64,000 nt of DNA from assembly GCA_963813025.1 (NCBI GenBank), contig CAWEXO010000002.1, positions 64,001 to 128,000 on the forward strand. The letters run 5' to 3'. The number at the start of each line of letters is the position of its first letter. Position 1 is the stretch's first letter. This stretch comes from an uncultured Verrucomicrobiae bacterium. Its GTDB lineage: Bacteria; Verrucomicrobiota; Verrucomicrobiia; Chthoniobacterales; JAFAMB01. Both the position numbers and the translations under genes were made by a program. Of the stretch, positions 52,960-62,928 are shown piece after piece. The notes beneath the pieces are model-generated. The model was not told the origin of the DNA, searched no databases, and worked only from the letters and a program-made list of their open reading frames with translations.

Positions 52960-54729
52960 CTAGTGGACGGCGATCCTGGCTGTCTCAGGAGCCGGCTGAT
53001 TTTGCGGTAAATAATCCTGATCCATCCCGGGAACGCTGTACTCGTAAGGCCCATTGTAGACGGTGGGTGTCTTCGCAAAATTTCCGTGGGGTGGCGGCGA
53101 TGGAACAGTCCACTCCAAAGTGGTCGACTCCCAGGGGTTATTAGGCGCCTTCTCACCTCGGAAGATGCTGTAGACGAAATTGATAAAGAACGGGATCATG
53201 GACAGGCCGAGTCCAAAAGCGCTGAGCGAGATGAAGATGTTGACCGGTTGCTGGCTGCGCAGATGGTCGTACAAGGTCGGGTCGGCGATCCGTCTCATCA
53301 TTCCGTTCAGACCCAGGTTATGCATCGGGAAAAACGTGAAGTTGAAAAAGATGAACGCGAGAAAGAAGTGCACCTTGCCCCAAAACTCGTTCATCATGCG
53401 ACCAAACATCTTTGGATACCAAAAGTAGATCGCGCCAAAGATGCCAAAGAGACTGCCACCAAAGAGCACGTAGTGGATATGGGCGACGATAAAATAGGTG
53501 TGATGGATGAAAAGATCGACCGGCGTGGCGGCCATGTAGATTCCGCTTAAGCCGCCGATCACAAACATCGAGACAAACGCCAGCGCGAAACACATCGGCG
53601 TCTTAAAACGGATTGAGCCGCCCCAGACTGTCCCCATCCAATTGAAAGTCTTGATAGCGGAAGGAACCGCAATGAGCATCGTCGAAAACGAAAAGGTGGC
53701 CGAGAGCACCAGGTTCATTCCGCTCACAAACATGTGGTGTCCCCATACGATGAATCCCAGCACACCGATCGCGACCAACGCCCCAACCATTGCTTTGTAA
53801 CCAAAGATCGGTTTGCGCGAGAAGACCGCCAGCACCTCCGACACCAAGCCCATAGCCGGGAGGATCATGATGTAGACCTCCGGGTGTCCAAAGAACCAGA
53901 AAAGATGCTGCCAGAGAAGCGGCTGGCCATAATTGGAGGCGGAGAAAAAGTTAGTGCCGAAATTCAGGTCAAAAAATAACATCGCGGCGGCGGCCGATAA
54001 CACTGGAACCGCTAGAAGCAGGAGAAACGCAGTCACGAGCAGCGACCAGACCGGGAGCGGCAAGCGAAACATTTTCATCCCCGGTGCGCGCATATTGATC
54101 ACTGTGGTGATAAAGTTGGCGGCGCCCGCAATCGACGCCAATCCATTGATAAAAAGGCCAACACACCAGCAACTCTGGCCAATCTGGGTTCCGTTGTAGG
54201 CGGCATTAGCCGAGAGCGGAGCGTACGAGGTCCATCCAGAAGCCGGAAATCCGGTCGGAGCAAAAAAGCTCCCAAGGAGCACGATTCCCGAGAGGAAAAA
54301 CAGCCAAACCGAAAGCGCGTTGAAAAACGGAAATGCCATATCGGGCGCCCCGATTTGCAGGGGAATCAAGAAATTGCCAAACACCCCGATCAAGAGCGGC
54401 ATCACGACCAGGAACACCATCACGGTCGCGTGCATGGTGAAGAGAGCATTGTAACCACCCGGAGAAAAAGCGCCCGTGTCCGTCACCAACCATTTGGGCA
54501 GAAACTGACCGATCAGCGGGACCGGAGTACCGGGAAAAGCCAGTTGAAAGCGAACCCCCATCGCCAACAAGCCGCCCACCGCCATGAAAAACAAGCTAAA
54601 ACACAGGTACTGGATGGCGATGGTTTTATGGTCCAACGACCAGATATATTTTTGAAAAAAACTGAGCTCGTGGTGAGGGTGTTCGTGTTCCTGAATCTCG
54701 CCGACTGGATGAGCGATTGTCTGCGCCAT
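52960..54729 (-). CDS. ctaD: Cytochrome c oxidase subunit I, A1 type
   Basis: TMHA, WFFGHPEVY, WGHHMF, AHIHYV: all six His ligands present. Confidence 0.97.
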   Translation of the reverse strand: MAQTIAHPVGEIQEHEHPHHELSFFQKYIWSLDHKTIAIQYLCFSLFFMAVGGLLAMGVRFQLAFPGTPVPLIGQFLPKWLVTDTGAFSPGGYNALFTMHATVMVFLVVMPLLIGVFGNFLIPLQIGAPDMAFPFFNALSVWLFFLSGIVLLGSFFAPTGFPASGWTSYAPLSANAAYNGTQIGQSCWCVGLFINGLASIAGAANFITTVINMRAPGMKMFRLPLPVWSLLVTAFLLLLAVPVLSAAAAMLFFDLNFGTNFFSASNYGQPLLWQHLFWFFGHPEVYIMILPAMGLVSEVLAVFSRKPIFGYKAMVGALVAIGVLGFIVWGHHMFVSGMNLVLSATFSFSTMLIAVPSAIKTFNWMGTVWGGSIRFKTPMCFALAFVSMFVIGGLSGIYMAATPVDLFIHHTYFIVAHIHYVLFGGSLFGIFGAIYFWYPKMFGRMMNEFWGKVHFFLAFIFFNFTFFPMHNLGLNGMMRRIADPTLYDHLRSQQPVNIFISLSAFGLGLSMIPFFINFVYSIFRGEKAPNNPWESTTLEWTVPSPPPHGNFAKTPTVYNGPYEYSVPGMDQDYLPQNQPAPETARIAVH

Positions 54730-54737
54730 AAAAGTTG

Positions 54738-55610
54738 TTACTCGTTCTTGGCTAAAGCCTTTTCGGGAGTTTTTTGCGGAACTGCAGCGTCCGCCTTTTC
54801 CTTGTACCACTTGTCGAAATCGGCCTGGGAAACAACCTCGATTTGCGCCTTCATATTGTAGTGCCCCTGGCCGCAAAGCTGACTGCAGGCCAACTGGAAA
54901 GAGCCCACTTGGGTAGGGATGAACCAGACCCAATCAATTGTTCGCCCTGGGACAGCGTCCTGGTAAATCCGGAATTGCGGTATGTAAAAACCGTGAATCA
55001 CATCTTTCGAATTGAGCCGGACTCGCACCGGTTTATTGACAGGCAACTCAAGGACGCCGGATTCAAAGTTATCTTTGGTGGCGGGATCATTTCTATCATT
55101 GCCGAAAGGATTATCGTTCGAAATCAGGTTTACATCGGAACGCCCGAGATGGCCGTCGCGCCCCGGGTACTGCATGCTAAAACCGAACTGGTAGGAGGTA
55201 ACGGCCACCTCCATCGAATCGCTTGGTGGAGTCGCATGGATGACATTCCACCACATATGATTGCTGTAGCCCCAGAGACCGATAAAGATCGCGGTTGGAA
55301 TCGCCGTCCAGACGATCTCCAGAAGGTTGTTGCCGTGGCTGTACTTGGCGCGAACGCCTTTCCGCGAGCGGTACTTGATCAGAAAATAGACGTAAACAAC
55401 CTGAGTCAGGACAAAAACCGCGCCCGTCAGGTAGAAAATGATCCAGATCAGGAAATCAATTTCCCGACCGCCCTTGCTCGCCACATCCGGCATCCACCAG
55501 AGACCAGAAGTGCGCGGTTCCGCCGACGCCGCAGCCGCGGTTGCCAGCAAGACGAAAAACGGAAAGAAGCGTCGTACAATTCGTGGTCGCAGAAAAATCA
55601 TACCGGTCAA
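54738..55610 (-). CDS. ctaC: Cytochrome c oxidase subunit II (CuA, no fused cytochrome c)
   Basis: LEIVWTAIP, DVIHGF, CSQLCGQGHYNM. Confidence 0.93.
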   Translation of the reverse strand: MTGMIFLRPRIVRRFFPFFVLLATAAAASAEPRTSGLWWMPDVASKGGREIDFLIWIIFYLTGAVFVLTQVVYVYFLIKYRSRKGVRAKYSHGNNLLEIVWTAIPTAIFIGLWGYSNHMWWNVIHATPPSDSMEVAVTSYQFGFSMQYPGRDGHLGRSDVNLISNDNPFGNDRNDPATKDNFESGVLELPVNKPVRVRLNSKDVIHGFYIPQFRIYQDAVPGRTIDWVWFIPTQVGSFQLACSQLCGQGHYNMKAQIEVVSQADFDKWYKEKADAAVPQKTPEKALAKNE

Positions 55611-55640
55611 CTTCTCAATTTACATGCAGCGGCCCCTTTG

Positions 55641-56456
55641 TCATGAGTGCCCCGGGGTGGCCGCGGCAGGCGGCGCAGAGGTCGCTGGAGGATTTCCAGG
55701 CGTTGGCGCCGGCGGCTTGCCGCCGTTGGCCGAGGGAGCGGACGCCGGTTGGCCGGGTGGCGGCGGTTTCGCGGCAGTTTTGGTCAGATCCATCGGCGGA
55801 AGCTTCATCAATTCCGGGTAGGTCCATTGTTCCTTACGATCCTTCAGCTGATCCCGCATGTGCTTGACCATGTCTGCCGTGATCGGGGGCGCGTTGTTGC
55901 CCCATTCCGAGCGGACGTAAGTAAGAATCGATGCTAACTGCTGATCCGTGTACTGACCTTCCCAAGCCTGCATTGCGTTATTGAAGGTTTGGCCTTTGAC
56001 CTGTACCGATCCCTGTAACCCCTTCAGCACGATCCCGATCAGCCGGTTGCTGGCTTCGCCGTTGACGAATTCTGAACCGGCTAACGGTGGATATTGCCCG
56101 GGAATTCCTAATCCAGTGGCTTGATGGCAGGTGATACAGTTCGCGGAAAAAAGGGCTTTCCCGACTGCTCGCGGATCCGCCGGGGCGGCCGCCCCTCCCG
56201 CTTGAGCGCCAAACTTCGGCTGATAATCAAATACGTCGGCCGCAAATCCTCCGCTGAAGGAAAACAGATAAGCGCCTGCCCAGAAGAGTCCGAGCAGCAG
56301 CAGGCCGAGCAGCCACTTTGGGACCGGAGCGTCCGCCACGGCCGGCATTGAAAACTCGGTCTCAAGCGCGTTTTGCTCTTGCTGCGCCGAGTCCGACTCA
56401 GGCCCGGCTGATCCGGCGGCGGACGGTTGTTCTGGATCGGTAAAAGATGCACTCAT
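55641..56456 (-). CDS. Membrane-anchored monoheme cytochrome c
   Basis: TM helix, CITCH, YPPLAGSE, axial Met region NAMQAW. Confidence 0.9.
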   Translation of the reverse strand: MSASFTDPEQPSAAGSAGPESDSAQQEQNALETEFSMPAVADAPVPKWLLGLLLLGLFWAGAYLFSFSGGFAADVFDYQPKFGAQAGGAAAPADPRAVGKALFSANCITCHQATGLGIPGQYPPLAGSEFVNGEASNRLIGIVLKGLQGSVQVKGQTFNNAMQAWEGQYTDQQLASILTYVRSEWGNNAPPITADMVKHMRDQLKDRKEQWTYPELMKLPPMDLTKTAAKPPPPGQPASAPSANGGKPPAPTPGNPPATSAPPAAATPGHS

Positions 56457-57076
56457 TCTTTCGGTTCAGGGGCCTCCGGCAACGGGTAGTCGCGCTTCAG
56501 CGATAGCAGATAGCCCACTAATTCGCGGGCTTGCCGGGTTGGAACGATCTCGTAGCCGGGCGGAGGCGCGTCCGATCCCTGCAGGTGCAGCGCATCCGCC
56601 GAAACCTGGCCAACGATCTTCCGCTCAGCGAAGAGCCAGGGATAAGCCGGCATGTTCGCTTCGGGGTTCATCTGCCTGGGATCAAACAACAAACGGTAAA
56701 ACCATTGGGCATCGGTCTGACGCACGCCGACGTTGGTCAGATCCGGTCCTTGTCGCGAATCACCAAGAAAAACTTGCCCGTCAAAAAGGTAATCGCGCGC
56801 GACTGTCCGCCGGTTACCCCATTTGCGTTCGATGTCGCTGCCTTCATTCTTGTCGCGAACAAATTGGGTGTGGCAATTCACACAGCCATTTCCGGCGTAC
56901 ACGTGGTAGCCTTGAGCGGCCGTTCCGGGAATGCCCGGCGGAGCGATTGCCCCGGTGTTCTCGTCTTTGTGCGGCTGCAATGCCGCAAAGGTCAGGTAAG
57001 GATAAGCGACAAGGCCTAGCCAGGAGGCCCCAAACACCCCGAAAACGCCCAGGAAAAATGTACTGAATCGGTTCAC
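56453..57076 (-). CDS. CcoO/FixO-like monoheme cytochrome c
   Basis: TM helix, GCVNCHTQFVR, RQGPDL, NMPAYPWL. Confidence 0.88.
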   Translation of the reverse strand: MNRFSTFFLGVFGVFGASWLGLVAYPYLTFAALQPHKDENTGAIAPPGIPGTAAQGYHVYAGNGCVNCHTQFVRDKNEGSDIERKWGNRRTVARDYLFDGQVFLGDSRQGPDLTNVGVRQTDAQWFYRLLFDPRQMNPEANMPAYPWLFAERKIVGQVSADALHLQGSDAPPPGYEIVPTRQARELVGYLLSLKRDYPLPEAPEPKE

Positions 57077-58569
57077 GCGACGCCAACCTCCTGAGAGAGC
57101 GGTTCCGGTGCAGGCTCGCTTGGCTCCGCCTCGGCCGACACCGGTTCAACCAGAGGAATCGCCGGACCAAGCAGGATAATCAGGAATGACCAGATCGCGA
57201 TCGCATTGGCCGCTAAGAGCACAAGCACGGCGACAAAGCGGAAAAGATAGAATGGGCCGGCCAGATCCGTTATCGCGTTGAATTCTATTTTTGCGTCGTT
57301 AAGGCCGAAGCCCTGGATTACGCCTCCCATAAAAGTGCTGACCGCTAAAAGCCCAAGTCCAACGACAGTTAACCAGAAGTGAAACTGAATAGCGGCGCGG
57401 GAAAGCCACTTTCGCAGAAGTAGTCGCGGAACGATATAATAGATTGCTCCAAAGAGCGTCAGTCCGACAAAGCCAAAGATCGTTAGCAGCATCGGCAGCG
57501 ATCCCGCCATCGTGAACTCCGTTACGCGATTGATCGTGCGGAACGCGGTGATCGCCTCCCACACCCCGGTCGCCGTATAAATCATTGTTCCAATGACAAT
57601 AAATCGAAGAACCAGGTTCCAGCTGAGTGCCTCGAAGTGATCGCCCAAAGTGCTGTGAAAATTCGCGGCGACGGCGGCGATCGGCAACACCATCAGCACC
57701 GTTGACACAATGCCGGAGGTCATCATCCAGGCCGGAAGCGGACCGGCCAGAATGTTCGTCATGCCGGTCCAACCACCCAAGATTGCCAAACCCCAGAAGC
57801 TGTTCAGCGCTAGTCGATAGCTGTGCAGCGGACGCCCAACCAGCTTCGGCAGAAAGTAAAACGCGATTCCGAGAGCGACCGGAGTCAGCCACAGATCTCG
57901 CACCACATTGACGTACCACCAGTGAATAGCGGGCTGGGCAACTCCCGATGCCTGGGATACGTTCAGCAGCAGATTGCCGGTGAGATACGCCCAGGAAAAC
58001 CAGAAGAACGCCGCCACGAGGTACCAATGCGCGATGTACGTATTCCTCCGCCGCCAGTAAAGTCGCAGGACCCAGAGACTCATGATCGCCAGCGCAAGAA
58101 AAATGCTGAACCCGGCATAAGGATTAATATCGAGCAGCAGCCGACCCCTTCCGCCACCCGACAACAGGCTGATCAAGCCGCAAAACAAACCCAGATTCCA
58201 AATCAATCCGGCATAGATCGGCAGCGGACCGGCAGGTTCCACTGAAGTACTGAGACGTCCAAGAATCCAGACGGCGGCGCCGATCCCGGCCATGGAGCAC
58301 CAGCCGTAAACCAGCAGGTTGAGGGCGGCCGGATATGCACGACCGAAGGTAAGCCAAGGGACCTGGCTACCTGTCCACCAGGCATGGGGCGCGAATTGCT
58401 GCGCACTAGCGACTAAAAGAAGAAGGGAAGCGAGGAGCAACCAACCTAGCGCAGACCCGAAAAAGATCAGAACAGGCGTGCGCACCGGCCGGTCAAAGTC
58501 AGACGTCCGTGGCGGCAGTGTGGTATCGCGGTTTAAAGGCTCGGCATTCAGGATGGCGGGGCTGCTCAT
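57073..58569 (-). CDS. CcoN/FixN-like polytopic membrane protein lacking the metal-ligand histidines
   Basis: WLTFGR, WY, WWY, YFLPK..GRPLHSY.L...FW, AIYYIVPRL and HFWL scaffold motifs of CcoN are present; His ligand positions are substituted. Confidence 0.8.
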   Translation of the reverse strand: MSSPAILNAEPLNRDTTLPPRTSDFDRPVRTPVLIFFGSALGWLLLASLLLLVASAQQFAPHAWWTGSQVPWLTFGRAYPAALNLLVYGWCSMAGIGAAVWILGRLSTSVEPAGPLPIYAGLIWNLGLFCGLISLLSGGGRGRLLLDINPYAGFSIFLALAIMSLWVLRLYWRRRNTYIAHWYLVAAFFWFSWAYLTGNLLLNVSQASGVAQPAIHWWYVNVVRDLWLTPVALGIAFYFLPKLVGRPLHSYRLALNSFWGLAILGGWTGMTNILAGPLPAWMMTSGIVSTVLMVLPIAAVAANFHSTLGDHFEALSWNLVLRFIVIGTMIYTATGVWEAITAFRTINRVTEFTMAGSLPMLLTIFGFVGLTLFGAIYYIVPRLLLRKWLSRAAIQFHFWLTVVGLGLLAVSTFMGGVIQGFGLNDAKIEFNAITDLAGPFYLFRFVAVLVLLAANAIAIWSFLIILLGPAIPLVEPVSAEAEPSEPAPEPLSQEVGVA

Positions 58570-58583
58570 GATATTGGCAACTT

Positions 58584-59012
58584 TCAGGAGTGATTCGGGG
58601 ATGAGCCACCCGCAGGCGCGGGTGAGCCACCGACTGCCGCCGCGGGTGCTGGGCTCTTTGCCGGACTACTGGCCGGCGATGGACTTGGCGCCGGCGCGGT
58701 GACTGGACCGGCCGAATGCGGGTGATTGCTCTGCAAATCGGTGAGTTCCAGTCCCATGGCCCGATCAATCGGGATTCCCACGACTCCGTTCTTGCGATCG
58801 ATCCAATGATAGCTCGTGAAAATTTTCTGATTTTCGGCGTTCAGGTCTGCCAGATTTTTCAAGCGCTGTTCCGTGCGCAATTCGTCGTAGCTCTTGATTC
58901 CGCCCCGCCGCGAGACGATCACAAAGAGCAAGCCGCCAATAAGACACACCAGGATAAGGCTCCCGACAACGCTGAGAAACGTTGGACGTCCGTTTTGTGA
59001 ATTTCCGTTCAT
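58584..59012 (-). CDS. Single-TM hypothetical protein after actF (ActG-like position)
   Basis: TM helix, SYHWIDRKNGVVGIPIDRAM, Pro/Ala-rich tail. Confidence 0.6.
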   Translation of the reverse strand: MNGNSQNGRPTFLSVVGSLILVCLIGGLLFVIVSRRGGIKSYDELRTEQRLKNLADLNAENQKIFTSYHWIDRKNGVVGIPIDRAMGLELTDLQSNHPHSAGPVTAPAPSPSPASSPAKSPAPAAAVGGSPAPAGGSSPNHS

Positions 59013-59019
59013 TAGTGCA

Positions 59020-60264
59020 CTAACCAGTACCCTCGTTCGATAGCCGAACACTCTCGAGCAGACGCGGATCTCTGGCCGGAAACAGGTTCACTGAGCCAAG
59101 GGACCGCAAAAACAGGAACGCAAGCAGGCAGCCAATCGCCAGCAGGCTGAGTAGATCGAGAATGCTGAACTGAAAGCCGGCCGGATGCAGGAAAGGCGAG
59201 ACACTGACGTATGTGTCGATCATGTGCATTCCCAGTATCCAGTAGCACATAAGGCTGAGCAGGTGCGGGTTGCGCTTGGTGAACTCGAAAAGCAAGTACA
59301 GGAACGGGATAAAGAATCGCCCCACCACCATGATCGTACTCAGAACGTGCCACGACTCGATATTGCGACGCAGGAACCATTCCGTCTCTTCCGGAATATT
59401 CCCGTACCAGATCAGCATGTATTGAGCAAAACCGATGTAGGCCCAGAAAATCGTGAAAGTCAAAAGCAGCTTACCCATGATCTGGTAATGCTCTGCGTTG
59501 ACCCCAGCCAGGTAACCCGCGTTCTTCAGCCCGTAAACTACCAGGACGATTAAGGCCATCCCCGCTCCCGCTGATCCCGCAAAGATGTAGACACCCCACA
59601 TCGTGGAAGCCCAGCGATAGTCAGGGGAAGAAACCCAGTCAAACGCGGCCAGGGTTGTGAAAACCGCGAACAGGACAATACAAACGAACGACACTCCACG
59701 CATTTGAATTGACCAGTGCGGATCGCCATCGGAATCCTGGCGAACGGAGGTTCGCCGAAAATAAACGGCCACGCCTCCGAAAAACAGGAAATAGAGGACT
59801 GCCCGAATCCAGAAGAAGGGCACAGTCAAACCATCGAAATGCAGCACGAAGTAGCCGAGCTTGGCCTTCAGAGGCGGATCGATCGGAACATGGTGGCTTG
59901 CCGCAATCCAATTCCAGATGTCCTGACGAGCCAGGAAAAGCGGTATGAAGAACAAGATCATCCAGCGAAGCAACGCCGCCAGGTTTTCCATTTGCCGCCG
60001 TACCAGGATTCCCCAACCCGAATCAGTGGAATGATGAACAATGATCCAAAAGAAGCATCCGATCAGAATCGTGAAAAAGTAGACGAATGCGAAAAGCCAT
60101 GAAAACGCGAACTGACGCCGAGTTTCGCTGCCGGCCGGCGCAAGAAAGCCAGTCAGCAATGTCACTGTCGCGCAGAAAATGCCGGCCCCAAGCAGGACCA
60201 ACAGAAGCCGGCTGAGATTGGTGCCACGGAAGGTTTCGGCCGTTGGAACTAAATTATGGTTCAT
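59020..60264 (-). CDS. actF: Alternative complex III subunit F
   Basis: Polytopic; FDWVSS..YRWASTMWG, FWAYIGFAQYMLIWYGNIPEET. Confidence 0.88.
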   Translation of the reverse strand: MNHNLVPTAETFRGTNLSRLLLVLLGAGIFCATVTLLTGFLAPAGSETRRQFAFSWLFAFVYFFTILIGCFFWIIVHHSTDSGWGILVRRQMENLAALLRWMILFFIPLFLARQDIWNWIAASHHVPIDPPLKAKLGYFVLHFDGLTVPFFWIRAVLYFLFFGGVAVYFRRTSVRQDSDGDPHWSIQMRGVSFVCIVLFAVFTTLAAFDWVSSPDYRWASTMWGVYIFAGSAGAGMALIVLVVYGLKNAGYLAGVNAEHYQIMGKLLLTFTIFWAYIGFAQYMLIWYGNIPEETEWFLRRNIESWHVLSTIMVVGRFFIPFLYLLFEFTKRNPHLLSLMCYWILGMHMIDTYVSVSPFLHPAGFQFSILDLLSLLAIGCLLAFLFLRSLGSVNLFPARDPRLLESVRLSNEGTG

Positions 60265-60947
60265 TTCTGGTTCTCGAGCGCCGGACGCAGGTTTGGTGGC
60301 ACATCCGCAATCCTGGCGTACTGGCTTCGTTGCAGCGCTCGGATGTATGCGACGATCGCCCATCGATCCTTCACCGTGACCTTGTCGCCATACGGCATCA
60401 TCGTGTTATAACCGTGCGTGATCGTATTGAAAATCTGTCCGTCCGCCATTTGCCGGTATTTGTCCTGATGATAATTGGCGATGCCGTTCAGGCCATATTT
60501 GGAGGTAATGCCGTTTCCTTGCCCGGTAGCACCGTGACAGACCGCGCAGTTGATCGTGAATACCTCCTGACCTCGCTGCAACAATGCCGCCGTAATGGGT
60601 AGCGGCAGACCCGTACCCCAGTTGTTACCCATTTTTCCAGTGTTATAGTAGTCAGTACCAGCCGTGAATTCGCCGATGGGTGACATGATATCATTGGGCG
60701 GATTGGAGTTTTGGGTCGGGTGGTCGGGAATGTCGTAACCAAGCGGAATCGTACCATCAACGGGAGGGCGAGCGGCCCGCCCGTCTGCGAAAAAAAGACT
60801 CGGCTTTTGGTACTTGATCTTGGACTGGCGTTTCATGTCACCGAAGAACTCGATCGGGGGCGTCGGGCGATGTTGTCCCTGAAAACCGAGCAGCGCCACG
60901 GACACCGCGCAAAGCAGCAGGAAACCGATCAAAAAATTCTTAATCAT
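60261..60947 (-). CDS. actE: Alternative complex III monoheme cytochrome c subunit E
   Basis: DMKRQ, FFADGRAARPPVDGT, CAVCH, MMPY, DRWAIVAYIRALQ. Confidence 0.88.
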   Translation of the reverse strand: MIKNFLIGFLLLCAVSVALLGFQGQHRPTPPIEFFGDMKRQSKIKYQKPSLFFADGRAARPPVDGTIPLGYDIPDHPTQNSNPPNDIMSPIGEFTAGTDYYNTGKMGNNWGTGLPLPITAALLQRGQEVFTINCAVCHGATGQGNGITSKYGLNGIANYHQDKYRQMADGQIFNTITHGYNTMMPYGDKVTVKDRWAIVAYIRALQRSQYARIADVPPNLRPALENQK

Positions 60948-61500
60948 TTTCGTGGAGCACCGTCACCTCTTTGCCGCCGATGCCCGCCAGGAACTCGCCG
61001 GTTTCGCTCTCGCGAAACTTTGGATCGATCGCATCGATCACGAGGAAGAAACCATCATCGGTCACGCGTTTGAAAGGTGCGTGATCAAAGAGCGGATGAT
61101 GCAAACGAGGCAAGCGATTCATCACGAAGACACCGAAAAAAGCGGTGAAAGCAGAAAACAGAATCGTCAATTCGAACATGATCGGAAAAAACGCCGGCAC
61201 GGTGAAAAAGTTTACCGGCTTTCCATGCACGATCAGCGGATTTAGGAAGGACGAAGGGATGAATTCGAGGAGGGCCGCAGTCAGAAAACCGGTTAAGCCG
61301 CCAACAAAGATAATATAGCCCAAGGGTGATCTTTTAAGCCCCATCGCCTTGCTCATTCCGTGGATTGGAAAGGGAGAATGAACGTCCCAGTATTTGTATC
61401 CACTGTCGCGCACCTGCTCGGCCGCACGATAGATCTCGGCCGCGGAGGCAAATTCCGCGACCAGGCCAAAGACTAGGGGTCGGGTAGCTATCGGGCTCAT
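60940..61500 (-). CDS. actD: Alternative complex III subunit D (DUF3341)
   Basis: [29 protein letters not shown]. Confidence 0.88.
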   Translation of the reverse strand: MSPIATRPLVFGLVAEFASAAEIYRAAEQVRDSGYKYWDVHSPFPIHGMSKAMGLKRSPLGYIIFVGGLTGFLTAALLEFIPSSFLNPLIVHGKPVNFFTVPAFFPIMFELTILFSAFTAFFGVFVMNRLPRLHHPLFDHAPFKRVTDDGFFLVIDAIDPKFRESETGEFLAGIGGKEVTVLHEND

Positions 61501-62928
61501 GCTTCGGCTTGCTGGATCGTCTCGGGAACTCCGGTCGACGGAGGATGATAGTGCGGGTTGGCGACCGGCAGGACACTTTTTACCTCGGACATCGCGACCA
61601 TCGGGAGAAAACGAATGAACAGGAGGAAAAGACTGATAAAAATGCCGTGGGTACCAACGAAAGTAAAAACGTCCACCCAGGTCGGGTAATACATCCCCCA
61701 ACTGGAGGGCAGGAAATCGCGGGTCAATGAGACCGCTATGATCACGAATCGCTCAAACCACATTCCGGCGTTCACGCACATGCACACAAAGTAGACTGTC
61801 CAAACATTTCGCCGGAAAGCCCTTACCCAGAACAATTGGGGGATGATCACGTTGCAGGTGAACATTGACCACCCAGCCCACCAGTAAGGCCCGAAGTAGC
61901 GATTTAAAAAGATGAATCGCTCAAAGGGATTGGCGCCGTAATAGGCGACAAAAAACTCCATGCAATACGAGTACCCGACGATCGAGCCGGTCAGCAGGAT
62001 GATCTTGCACATCACGTCGATGTGATTCCAGGTAAAGACGTCCTGCAGGCCGTAGAGGTACCGCGCCGGGATCATCAGGGTCAGGACCATGGCGAATCCA
62101 CCGAAGATCGCGCCCGCCACGAAGTAGGGCGGGAAGATCGTCGTATGCCAGCCCGGGATCAGCGAGGTCGCAAAATCAAAGGACACGGTTGAGTGCACGG
62201 AAAGGACCAGCGGAGTGGAGATCCCGGCCAGAACGAGATACGCCATCTCGTAATGCCGCCACTGCCGATTTCCTCCGCGCCATCCGAGCGCCAGAACGCC
62301 GTAGACGAATTTGTTAAACCGGCTGCGAGCGCGATCGCGCATCGTGCCCAGATCCGGAACCAAGCCCAGAAACCAGAACAATACCGACACCGTAAAGTAA
62401 GTCGAGACCGCGAAAACGTCCCAGAGCAGCGGGCTCCGGAAGTTAGGCCAGATCCAGTTCGGCACCGGCACTGGCGCCATGAACCAAACCATCCAGATGC
62501 GGCCAACGTGAATCGCCGGAAAGATTCCGGCGCAGATCACGGCAAACAAGCGTCATCGCTTCGGAGGATCGGTTGATCGAAGTCCGCCATTTCTGGCGTG
62601 TGAGAAAAAGGATCGCCGAGATCAGCGTACCGGCGTGGCCGATACCGATCCAGAAAACGAAGTTAGTGATATCCCACGCCCAACCAATCGGGATGTTGTT
62701 ACCCCAGACACCTACACCGGTCCAAAGCAGGTAAATGATACAGAAAACACCGAAGCCGGCGAAGGATCCGGTGACCGCTATAGCAATCCACCACCAAAGA
62801 GGCGTTTTCCGTTCAACCCCTCCGGCGATCAGATTGGTCACCCAATGCATCGAGCGATTGTTCTCCACCAGCGGCGGTCGAGGCATCCGCTCGATGAACG
62901 GCGTCATTGTGGCATTGGATTCAGCCAT
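61497..62928 (-). CDS. actC: Alternative complex III subunit C (NrfD/PsrC-like), frameshift near 62550
   Basis: [48 protein letters not shown]. Confidence 0.92.

Noticed and set aside
57073..58569. Calling a functional cbb3-type oxidase
   Set aside because: The His ligands appear absent and no diheme ccoP is present, so the gene symbol was withheld.
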